DNA from: the human T2T-CHM13v2.0 reference genome, Homo sapiens
Assembly: GCF_009914755.1 (NCBI RefSeq)
Contig: NC_060948.1
DNA length: 64,000 nucleotides
Direction: 5' to 3' (one strand)
In this document: positions 1 through 14,950 of the stretch, in pieces
Layout: the number at the start of each line of letters is the position of its first letter
How positions within the stretch are numbered: the stretch's first letter is position 1
Made by a program: the position numbers and the translations under genes
The notes under the pieces: model-generated
The model's database searches: none
What the model was told of the DNA's origin: nothing
What the model saw: only the letters and a program-made list of their open reading frames with translations

Positions 1-116
1 ATTATATATGTTATGTAATATATATAGTATATATAAGATGACACAGGATAAATATTATATACTATGACATATAAAATATATCAGGTTATATGTTACATAT
101 AAGGCATAGCACATAA

Positions 117-431
<315 letters not shown>

Positions 432-1000
432 AGATCCATATTTTTTAAATGAAAAAAAATTTCAAAGGTACTCTGCTTGGTACAATAATCAAATGTATAA
501 ACTGAGGAATAAAACATAACCATGAAACCTACTTATAACTGCATATGGAAAATACAGAGGATAATTTTTTAAATAACATATTTTGAAAGCCTTAACTAGT
601 AATTTGAAGAGCTGGCATTTGAAAGGCCAGTATGAATATACCTTCAAAGCAGCATCACAGGTTCCCCAATGAGAAAAAGCAAACACAGGGAAAATAAAAA
701 CACAAAGGTTCAATCTCTTCTGACCTTTGAAAGACACAGCACAGACAGTGGTCCTTAGGACGAAGAGCAGGAGACCCCTAATTCCGTCACCATGGCGATA
801 GGGCATAAACATTGCTGGGTGAGGGCACAATCCACATTGTGAGGTCCAACTGCTGCCAGGAAGACAGGAGTGCTTTTACATAGACCGAAAGGTCATTGAA
901 GGCTCAGAGTTTTGTTTCAAGAACTGAATCCCAAGCCCACACGTTATTAGGCTGCGCTTCTTAAAACAAGTTATGAGATGGGAAAAAGGGCACCCACAAA
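432..1000. repeat. GC-richer unique segment of the DYZ2 unit (HSATI-type), representative copy; recurs immediately after every Alu
   Basis: About 570 bp of mixed-composition sequence from AGATCCATAT to CACCCACAAA, near-identical in all 27 units (unit 2: 2853-3420; unit 27: 63323-63890). Confidence 0.85.
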
Positions 1001-2560
1001 CATACGTATACATTATGTATATAATAATATACAGTGTCATATATATAATATATATAACCTATGTATAATATTGTTTTACATCCTGCATCTTATGTTATAT
1101 ATATTGTATAAAATATAATAATTGATAATATATAAGTTTTATAATTATACAATATGACATATAGTATATATTATAATTTATGACATATATAATATATGTT
1201 ATATGTCATATATAGAATATATTATACGGTTAATATACGTATTAAATATAAATTATACATTATATATATTATATATAATATATCTGTTATATATAATACC
1301 CATTATGCATAATATATATATTATGTCTATGTTATATATAGTATAAAACAACATATAATAATATATAATTGTATATATAAAATGCGACATAGAATATATA
1401 TTATATTTTATAACATATGTAATATATATTATATATTATATATAATACGTTGTATGTATAATACCTATATTAAATATATATTATATGACTATGTTATTAA
1501 TTACATGTCACATGTGTTATATATTATATATTTTACATAGAATATACCGGTTACATACAATATATACTATGTTACCGATAATGTATAATTTATTACATGT
1601 AAAATAAAGAATGCAATATATTATGTATAATTTATAATATACCATATGTGGAATGTGATACATATAACATATAATATATGATATATGATATACAGTATAT
1701 GATATATAACATAAAATATGTGATTCCTAATATATATGGTATACAATATATATTTTATGATATGTATTCTATATGTTTTATATTCTGTTATATATAACTA
1801 TTTGAAATTATATATAACTGTATAATATTTTATGTAAATATGTAATATAATGTATATAACTATATATTATATTATATATAACTATATATTATGTTATATA
1901 TACTTTTATAACATAATTTACATAAAATATCATAATATAATATATATTATATTATTTCATATTACATAATATATATTACATATCACCCAATATAACTAAC
2001 ATACATAATATTATAATATAGATTATATTGTGTTATATTAAATATCATATATATCATGTATCATATATTCTATAATATATATTACACAGTATATAATATG
2101 TATGTTGTCTATTATGTGATATATATAACTATATATATAATTATATTTTTATACATATAACTAGATAAACATGTAATTCTACATATTTTCATTTATAATA
2201 TGTAGAATTATATAATCATATATAATTATTTATATTCTATAAAAAATTTTATCATTATATAAATTATAATATATAAAAATTATAATATGTACTACAAATA
2301 TATATATTATATATCATATATGATATAGTACCTTTGTTATATATCATAATACATATAAATGTGTATTATGTTATCTATAATTATATAATTTCATATATAA
2401 GATGTATAATATGTGTCATATATTATATATGGTATGTAATATATATAGTATATATAAGATGACACAGGATAAATATTATATACTATGACATATAAAATAT
2501 ATGAGGTTATATGTTACATATAAGGCATAGCACATAACATGTAATATATATCATATATAA
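1001..2560. repeat. AT-rich low-complexity (TA-based) tract of the DYZ2 unit, representative copy; recurs between every GC segment and the next Alu
   Basis: About 1,560 bp of interrupted TATA/ATAT/TATAA words, roughly 85-90% AT by eye, copied almost base-for-base between units (unit 2: 3421-4980). It contains the single CCGG of the unit at 1547-1550. Confidence 0.93.
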
Positions 2561-2852
2561 TTTTTTTTTAGACAGAATCTTGTCCTGTTGCACAGGGTGG
2601 GGTACAATGGCGCCATCTTTGCTCACTGCAACTTCTCCCTCACGGGTCCAAGCGATTGTCCTCCCTCAGCCTCCCAGGTAGCTGGGACTACACCACACTG
2701 GGACTACACCAGCTGCCACCATGCCTAGCTAATTTTTTGGATTTTTAGTAGTGACAGCGTTTCACTGTATTGGCCAGGATGGTCTTGATCTCTTCACCTT
2801 GTGATCCCCTTGCCTTGGCCTCCAAATTTGCTGGGATTACAGGCCTGAGCCA
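2561..2852 (-). mobile_element. Alu within DYZ2 unit 2
   Basis: Near-identical copy of 140-431. Confidence 0.96.
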
Positions 2853-4957
2853 AGATCCATATTTTTTAAATGAAAAAAAATTTCAAAGGTACTCTGCTTG
2901 GTACAATAATCAAATGTATAAACTGAGGAGTAAAACATAACCATGAAACCTACTTATAACTGCATATGGAAAATACAGAGGATAATTTTTTAAATAACAT
3001 ATTTTGAAAGCCTTAACTAGTAATTTGAAGAGTTGGCATTTGAAAGGCCAGTATGAATATACCTTCAAAGCAGCAACACAGGTTCCCCATGAGAAAAAGC
3101 AAACACAGGGAAAATAAAAACACAAAGGTTCAATCTCTTCTGACCTTTGAAAGACACAGCACAGACAGTGGTCCTTAGGACGAAGAGCAGGAGACCCCTA
3201 ATTCCGTCACCATGGCGATAGGGCATAAACATTGCTGGGTGAGGGCACAATCCACATTGTGAGGTCCAACTGCTGCCAGGAAGACAGGAGTGCTTTTACA
3301 TAGACCGAAAAGTCATTGAAGGCTCAGAGTTTTGTTTCAAGAACTGAATCCCAAGCCCACACGTTATTAGGCTGTGCTTCTTAAAACAAGTTATGAGATG
3401 GGAAAAAGGGCACCCACAAACATACGTATACATTATGTATATAATAATATACAGTGTCATATATATAATATATATAACCTATGTATAATATTGTTTTACA
3501 TCCTGCATCTTATGTTATATATATTGTATAAAATATAATAATTGATAATATATAAGTTTTATAATTATACAATATGACATATAGTATATATTATAATTTA
3601 TGACATATATAATATATGTTATATGTCATATATAGAATATATTATACGGTTAATATACGTATTAAATATAAATTATACATTATATATATTATATATAATA
3701 TATCTGTTATATGTAATACCCATTATGCATAATATATATATTATGTCTATGTTATATATAGTATAAAACAACATATAATAATATATAATTGTATATATAA
3801 AATGCGACATATAATATATATTATATTTTATAACATATGTAATATATATTATATATTATATATAATACGTTATACGTATAATACCTATATTAAATATATA
3901 TTATATGACTATGTTATTAATTACATGTCACATGTGTTATATATTATATATTTTACATAGAATATACCGGTTACATACAATATATACTATGTTACCTATA
4001 ATGTATAATTTATTACATGTAAAATAAAGAATGCAATATATTATGTATAATTTATAATATACAATATGTGGAATGTGATATATATAACATATAATATATG
4101 ATATTTGATATACAGTATATGATATATAACATACAATGTATGATTCCTAATATATATGGTATACAATATATATTTTATGATATGTATTCTATATGTTTTA
4201 TATTCTGTTATATATAACTATTTGAAATTATATATAACTGTATAATATTTTATGTAAATATGTAATATAATATATATAACTATATAATATATTATATATA
4301 ACTATATATTATGTTATATATACTTTTATAACATAATTTACATAAAATATCATAATATAATATATATTATATTATTTCATATTACATAATATATATTACA
4401 TATCACCCAATAGAACTAACATACATAATATTATAATATAGATTATATTGTGTTATATTAAATATCATATATATCATGTATCATATATTCTACAATATAT
4501 ATTACACATTATATAATATGTATGTTGTCTATTATGTGATATATATAACTATATATATAATTATATTTTTATACATATAACTAGATAAACATGTAATTCT
4601 ACATATTTTCATTTATAATATGTAGAATTATATAATCATATATAATTATTTATATTCTATAAAAAATTTTATCATTATATAAATTATAATATATAAAAAT
4701 TATAATATGTACTACAAATATATATATTATATATCATATATGATATAGTACCTTTGTTATATTTCATAATACATATAAATGTGTATTATGTTATCTATAA
4801 TTATATAATTTCATATATAAGATGTATAATATGTATCTTATGTTATATATGTTATGTAATATATATAGTATATATAAGATGACACAGGATAAATATTATA
4901 TTCTATGACTTATAAAATATATGAGGTTATATGTTACATATAAGGCATAGCACATAA

Positions 4958-5272
<315 letters not shown>

Positions 5273-7377
5273 AGATCCATATTTTTTAAATGAAAAAAAA
5301 TTTCAAAGGTACTCTGCTTGGTACAATAATCAAATGTATAAACTGAGGAATAAAACATAACCATGAAACCTACTTATAACTGCATATGGAAAATACAGAG
5401 GATAATTTTTTAAATAACATATTTTGAAAGCCTTAAGTAGTAATTTGAAGAGCTGGCATTTGAAAGGCCAGTATGAATATACCTTCAAAGCAGCAACACA
5501 GGTTCCCCATGAGAAAAAGCAAACACAGGGAAAATAAAAACACAAAGGTTCAATCTCTTCTGACCTTTGAAAGACACAGCACAGACAGTGGTCCTTAGGA
5601 CGAAGAGCAGGAGACCCCTAATTCCGTCACCATGGCGATAGGGCATAAACATTGCTGGGTGAGGGCACAATCCACATTGTGAGGTCCAACTGCTGCCAGG
5701 AAGACAGGAGTGCTTTTACATAGACCGAAAGGTCATTGAAGGCTCAGAGTTTTGTTTCAAGAACTGAATCCCAAGCCCACACGTTATTAGGCTGCGCTTC
5801 TTAAAACAAGGTATGAGATGGGAAAAAGGGCACCCACAAACATACGTATACATTATGTATATAATAATATACAGTATCATATATATAACATATATAACCT
5901 ATGTATAATATTGTTTTACATCCTGCATCTTATGTTATATATATTGTATAAAATATAATAATTGATAATATATAAGTTTTATAATTATACAATATGACAT
6001 ATAGTATATATTATAATTTATGACATATATAATATATGTTATATGTCATATATAGAATATATTATACGGTTAATATACGTATTAAATATAAATTATACAT
6101 TATATATATTATATATAATATATCTGTTATATATAATACCCATTATGCATAATATATATATTATGTCTATGTTATATATAGTATAAAACAACATATAATA
6201 ATATATAATTGTATATATAAAATGCGACATATAATATATATTATATTTTATAACATATGTAATATATATTATATATTATATATAATACGTTGTATGTATA
6301 ATACCTATATTAAATATATATTATATGACTATGTTATTAATTACATGTCACATGTGTTATATATTATATATTTTACATAGAATATACCGGTTACATACAA
6401 TATATACTATGTTACCTATAATGTATAATTTATTACATGTAAAATAAAGAATGCAATATATTATGTATAATTTATAATATACCATATGTGGAATGTGATA
6501 TATATAACATATAATATATGATATATGATATACAGTATATGATATATAACATACAATATATGATTCCTAATATATATGGTATACAATATATATTTCATGA
6601 TTTGTATTCTATATGTTTTATATTCTGTTATATATAACTATTTGAAATTATATATAACTGTATAATATTTTATGTAAATATGTAATATAATATATATAAC
6701 TATATAATATATTATATATAACTATATATTATGTTATATATACTTTTATAACATAATTTACATAAAATATCATAATATAATATATATTATATTATTTCAT
6801 ATTACATAATATATATTACATATCACCCAATATAACTAACATACATAATATTATAATATAGATTATATTATGTTATATTAAATATCATATATATCATGTA
6901 TCATATATTCTATAATATATATTACACATTATATAATATGTATGTTGTCTATTATGTGATATATACAACTACATATATAATTATATTTTTATACATATAA
7001 CTAGATAAACATGTAATTCTACATATTTTCATTTATAATATGTAGAATTATATAATCATATATAATTATTTATATTCTATAAAAAATTTTATCATTATAT
7101 AAATTATAATATATAAAAATTATAATATGTACTACAAATATATATATTATATATCATATATGCTATAGTACCTTTGTTATATATCATAATACATATAAAT
7201 GTGTATTATGTTATCTATAATTATATAATTTCATATATAAGTTGTATAATATGTATCATATATTATATATGTTATGTAATATATATAGTATATATAAGAT
7301 GACACAGGATAAATATTGTATACTATGACATATAAAATATATGAGGTTATATGTTACATATAAGGCATAGCACATAA

Positions 7378-7692
<315 letters not shown>

Positions 7693-9795
7693 AGATCCAT
7701 ATTTTTTAAATGAAAAAAAATTTCAAAGGTACTCTGCTTGGTACAATAATCAAATGTATAAACTGAGGAATAAAACATAACCATGAAACCTACTTATAAC
7801 TGCATATGGAAAATACAGAGGATAATTTTTTAAATAACATATTTTGAAAGCCTTAACTAGTAATTTGAAGAGCTGGCATTTGAAAGGCCAGTATGAATAT
7901 ACCTTCAAAGCAGCAACACAGGTTCCCCATGAGAAAAAGCAAACACAGGGAAAATAAAAACACAAAGGTTCAATCTCTTCTGACCTTTGAAAGACACAGC
8001 ACAGACAGTGGTCCTTAGGACGAAGAGCAGGAGACCCCTAATTCCGTCACCATGGCGATAGGGCATAAACATTGCTGGGTGAGGGCACAATCCACATTGT
8101 GAGGTCCAACTGCTGCCAGGAAGACAGGAGTGCTTTTACATAGACCGAAAGGTCATTGAAGGCTCAGAGTTTTGTTTCAAGAACTGAATCCCAAGCCCAC
8201 ACGTTATTAGGCTGCGCTTCTTAAAACAAGTTAGGAGATGGGAAAAAGGGCACCCACAAACATACGTATACATTATGTATATAATAATATACAGTATCAT
8301 ATATATAATATATATAACCTATGTATAATATTGTTTTACACCCCGCATCTTATGTTATATATAGTATAAAATATAATAATTGAAAATATATAAGATTTAT
8401 AATTATACAATATGACATATAGTATATATTATAATTTATGACATATATAATATATGTTATATGTCATATATAGAATATATTATACAGTTAATATACGTAT
8501 TAAATATAAATTATACATTATATATATTATATATAATATATCTGTTATATATAATACCCATTATGCATAATATATATATTATGTCTATGTTATATATAGT
8601 ATAAAACAACATATAATAATATATAATTGTATATATAAAATGCGACATATAATATATATTATATTTTATAATATATGTAATATATATTATATATTATATA
8701 TAATACGTTGTATGTATAATACCTATATTAAATATATATTATATGACTATGTTATTAATTACATGTCACAAGTGTTATATATTATATATTTTACATAGAA
8801 TATACCGGTTACATACAATATATACTATGTTACCTATAATGTATAATTTATTACATGTAAAATAAAGAATGCAATATATTATGTATAATTTATAATATAC
8901 CATATGTGGAATGTGATATATATAACATATAATACATGATATATGATATAAAGTATATGATATATAACATACAATATATGATTCCTAATATATATGGTAT
9001 ACAATATATATTTTATGATATGTATTCTATATGTTTTATATTCTGTTATATATAACTATTTGAAATTATATATAACTGTATAATATTTTATGTAAATATG
9101 TAATATAATATATATAACTATATAATATATTATATATAACTATATATTATGTTATATATACTTTTATAACATAATTTACATAAAATATCATAATATAATA
9201 TATATTATATTATTTCATATTACATAATATATATTACATATCACCCAATATAACTAACATACATAATATTGTAATATAGATTATATTATGTTATATTAAA
9301 TATCATATATATCATGTATCATATATTCTATAATATATATTACACATTATATAATATGTATGTTGTCTATTATGTGATATATATAACTATATATATAATT
9401 ATATTTTTATACATATAACTAGATAAACATGTAATTCTACATATTTTCATTTATAATATGTAGAATTATGTAATCATATATAATTATTTATATTCTATAA
9501 AAAATTTTATCATTATATAAATTATAATATATAAAAATTATAATATGTACTACAAATATATATATTATATATCATATATGATATAGTACCTTTGTTATAT
9601 ATCATAATACATATAAATGTGTATTATGTTATCTATAATTATATAATTTCATATATAAGATGTATAATATGTATCATATATTATATATGTTATGTACTAT
9701 ATATAGTATATATAAGATGACACAGGATAAATATTATATACTATGACATATAAAATATATGAGGTTATATGTTACATATAAGGCATAGCACATAA

Positions 9796-10110
<315 letters not shown>

Positions 10111-12238
10111 AGATCCATATTTTTTAAATGAAAAAAAATTTCAAAGGTACTCTGCTTGGTACAATAATCAAATGTATAAACTGAGGAATAAAACATAACC
10201 ATGAAACCTACTTATAACTGCATATGGAAAATACAGAGGATAATTTTTTAAATAACATATTTTGAAAGCCTTAACTAGTAATTTGAAGAGTTGGCATTTG
10301 AAAGGCCAGTATGAATATACCTTCAAAGCAGCAACACAGGTTCCCCATGAGAAAAAGCAAACACAGGGAAAATAAAAACACAAAGGTTCAATCTCTTCTG
10401 ACCTTTGAAAGACACAGCACAGACAGTGGTCCTTAGGACGAAGAGCAGGAGACCCCTAATTCCGTCACCATGGCGATAGGGCATAAACATTGCTGGGTGA
10501 GGGCACAATCCACATTGTGAGGTCCAACTGCTGCCAGGAAGACAGGAGTGCTTTTACATAGACCGAAAGGTCATTGAAGGCTCAGAGTTTTCTTTCAAGA
10601 ACTGAATCCCAAGCCCACACGTTATTAGGCTGCGCTTCTTAAAACAAGTTATGAGATGGGAAAAAGGGCACCCACAAACATACGTATACATTATGTATAT
10701 AATAATATACAGTGTCATATATATAATATATGTAACCTATGTATAATATTGTTTTACATCCTGCATCTTATGTTATATATATTGTATAAAATATAATAAT
10801 TGATAATATATAAGTTTTATAATTATACAATATGACATATAGTATATATTATAATTTATGACATATATAATATATGTTATATGTCATATATAGAATATAT
10901 TATACGGTTAATATACGTATTAAATATAAATTATACATTATATATATTATATATAATATATCTGTTATATATAATAACCATTACGCATAATATATATATT
11001 ATGTCTATGTTATATATAGTATAAAACAACATATAATAATATATAATTGTATATATAAAATGCGACATATAATATATATTATATTTTATAACATATGTAA
11101 TATATATTTTATATTATATATAATACGTTGTATGTATAATACCTATATTAAATATATATTATATGACTATGTTATTAATTACATGTCACATGTGTTATAT
11201 ATTATATATTTTACATAGAATATACCGGTTGCATACAATATATACCATGTTACCTATAATGTATAATTTATTACATGTAAAATAAAGAATGCAATATATT
11301 ATGTATAATTTATAATATACCATATGTGGAATGTGATATATATAACATATAATATATGATATATGATATACAGTATATGATATATAACATACGATATATG
11401 ATTCCTAATATATATGGTATACAATACATATTTTATGATATGTATTCTATGTGTTTTATATTCTGTTATATATAACTATATGAAAGTATATATAACTGTA
11501 TAATATTTTATGTAAATATGTAATATAATATATATAACTATATAATATATTATATATAACTATATATTATGTTATATATACTTTTATAACATAATTTACA
11601 TAAAATATCATAATATAATATATATTATATTATTTCATATTACATAATATATATTACATATCACCCAATATAACTAACATACATAATATTATAATATAGA
11701 TTATATTGTGTTATATTAAATATCATATATATCATGTATCATATATTCTATAATATATATTACACATTATATAATATGTATGTTGTCTATTATGTGATAT
11801 ATATAACTATATATATAATTATATTTTTATACATATAACTAGATAAACATGTAATTCTACATATTTTCATTTATAATATGTAGAATTATATAATCATATA
11901 TAATTATTTATATTCTATAAAAAATTTTATCATTATATAAATTATAATATATAAAAATTATAATATGTACTACAAATATATATATTATATATCATATATG
12001 ATATAGTACCTTTGTTATATATCATAATACATATAAATGTGTATTATGTTATCTATAATTATATAATTTCATATATAAGATGTATAATATGTATCATATA
12101 TTATATATGTTATGTACTCTATATAGTATATATAAGATGACACAGGATAAATATTATATACTATGACATATAAAATATATGAGGTTATATGTTACATATA
12201 AGGCATAGCACATAACATGTAATATATATCATATATAA

Positions 12239-12530
12239 TTTTTTTTTAGACAGAATCTTGTCCTGTTGCACAGGGTGGGGTACAATGGCGCCATCTTTGC
12301 TCACTGCAACTTCTGCCTCAGGGGTCCAAGCGATTGTCCTCCCTCAGCCTCCCAGGTAGCTGGGACTACACCACACTGGGACTACACCAGCTGCCACCAT
12401 GCCTAGCTAATTTTTTGGATTTTTAGTAGTGACAGCGTTTCACTGTATTGGCCAGGATGGTCTTGATCTCTTCACCTTGTGATCCCCTTGCCTTGGCCTC
12501 CAAATTTGCTGGGATTACAGGCCTGAGCCA
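12239..12530 (-). mobile_element. Alu within DYZ2 unit 6
   Basis: Near-identical copy of 140-431. Confidence 0.96.
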
Positions 12531-14658
12531 AGATCCATATTTTTTAAATGAAAAAAATTTTCAAAGGTACTCTGCTTGGTACAATAATCAAATGTATAAA
12601 CTGAGGAATAAAACATAACCATGAAACCTACTTATAACTGCATATGGAAAATACAGAGGATAATTTTTTAAATAACATATTTTGAAAGCCTTAACTAGTA
12701 ATTTGAAGAGTTGGCATTTGAAAGGCCAGTATGAATATACCTTCAAAGCAGCAACACAGGTTCCCCATGAGAAAAAGCAAACACAGGGAAAATAAAAACA
12801 CAAAGGTTCAATCTCTTCTGAACTTTGAAAGACACAGCACAGACAGTGGTCCTTAGGACGAAGAGCAGGAGACCCCTAATTCCGTCACCATGGCGATAGG
12901 GCATAAACATTGCTGGGTGAGGGCACAATCCACATTGTGAGGTCCAACTGCTGCCAGGAAGACAGGAGTGCTTTTACATAGACCGAAAGGTCATTGAAGG
13001 CTCAGAGTTTTCTTTCAAGAACTGAATCCCAAGCCCACACGTTATTAGGCTGCGCTTCTTAAAACAAGTTATGAGATGGGAAAAAGGGCACCCACAAACA
13101 TACGTATACATTATGTATATAATAATATACAGTGTCATATATATAATATATATAACCTATGTATAATATTGTTTTACATCCTGCATCTTATGTTATATAT
13201 ATTGCATAAAATATAATAATTGATAATATATAAGTTTTATAATTATACAATATGACATATAGTATATATTATAATTTATGACATATATATTATATGTTAT
13301 ATGTCATATATAGAATATATTATACGGTTAATATACGTATTAAATATAAATTATACATTATATATATTATATATAATATATCTGTTATATATAATAACCA
13401 TTATGCATAATATATATATTATGTCTATGTTATATATAGTATAAAACAACATATAATAATATATAATTGTATATATAAAATGCGACATATAATATATATT
13501 ATATTTTATAACATATGTAATATATATTTTATATTATATATAATACGTTGTATGTATAATACCTATATTAAATATATATTATATGACTATGTTACTAATT
13601 ACATGTCACATGTGTTATATATTATATATTTTACATAGAATATACCGGTTGCATACAATATATACTATGTTACCTATAATGTATAATTTATTACATGTAA
13701 AATAAAGAATGCAATATATTATGTATAATTTATAATATACCATATGTGGAATGTGATATATATAACATATAATATATGATATATGATATACAGTATATGA
13801 TATATAACATACGATATATGATTCCTAATATATATGGTATACAATATATATTTTATGATATGTATTCTATGTGTTTTTTATTCTGTTATATATAACTATT
13901 TGAAATTATATATAACTGTATAATATTTTATGTAAATATGTAATATAATATATATAACTATATAATATATTATATATAACTATATATTATGTTATATATA
14001 CTTTTATAACATAATTTACGTAAAATATCATAATATAATATATATTATATTATTTCATATTACATAATATATATTACATATCACCCAATATAACTAACAT
14101 ACATAATATTATAATATAGATTATATTGTGTTATATTAAATATCATATATATCATGTATCATATATTCTATAATATATATTACACATTATATAATATGTA
14201 TGTTGTCTATTATGTGATATATATAACTATATATATAATTATATTTTTATACATATAACTAGATAAACATGTAATTGTACATATTTTAATTTATAATATG
14301 TAGAATTATATAATCATATATAATTATTTATATTCTATAAAAAATTTTATCATTATATAAATTATAATATATAAAAATTATAATATGTACTACAAATATA
14401 TATATTATATATCATATATGATATAGTACGTTTGTTATATATCATAATACATATAAATGTGTATTATCTTATCTATAATTATATAATTTCATATATAAGA
14501 TGTATAATATGTATCATATATTATATATGTTATGTACTATATATAGTATATATAAGATGACACAGGATAAATATTATATACTATGACATATAAAATATAT
14601 CAGGTTATATGTTACATATAAGGCATAACACATAAAATGTAATATATATCATATATAA

Positions 14659-14950
14659 TTTTTTTTTAGACAGAATCTTTTCCTGTTGCACAGTGTGGGG
14701 TACAATGGCGCCATCTTTGCTCAGTGCAACTTCTGCCTCACGGGTCCAAGCGATTGTCCTCCCTCAGCCTCCCAGGTAGCTGGGACTACACCGCACTGGG
14801 ACTACACCAGCTGCCACCATGCCTAGCTAATTTTTTGGATTTTTAGTAGTGACAGCGTTTCACTGTATTGGCCAGGATGGTCTTGATCTCTTCACCTTGT
14901 GATCCCCTTGCCTTGGCCTCCAAATTTGCTAGGATTACAGGCCTGAGCCA
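14659..14950 (-). mobile_element. Alu within DYZ2 unit 7
   Basis: Copy of 140-431 with five private substitutions. Confidence 0.96.

Noticed and set aside
786-842. Strong Kozak context GTCACCATGG opening MAIGHKHCWVRAQSTL
   Set aside because: Only 16 codons, with no promoter or splice evidence; expected by chance. It would need Ribo-seq or peptide evidence.
1001-2560. TATA boxes and AATAAA signals; resemblance to an AT-rich organelle control region or Plasmodium intergenic DNA
   Set aside because: Such motifs are inevitable at this AT content, and the Alu in each unit fixes the origin as primate nuclear DNA.
489-2909. 2,420 bp as an integer multiple of a nucleosome repeat
   Set aside because: Almost any length of this size fits some multiple of 175-200 bp; the sequence gives no evidence for it.
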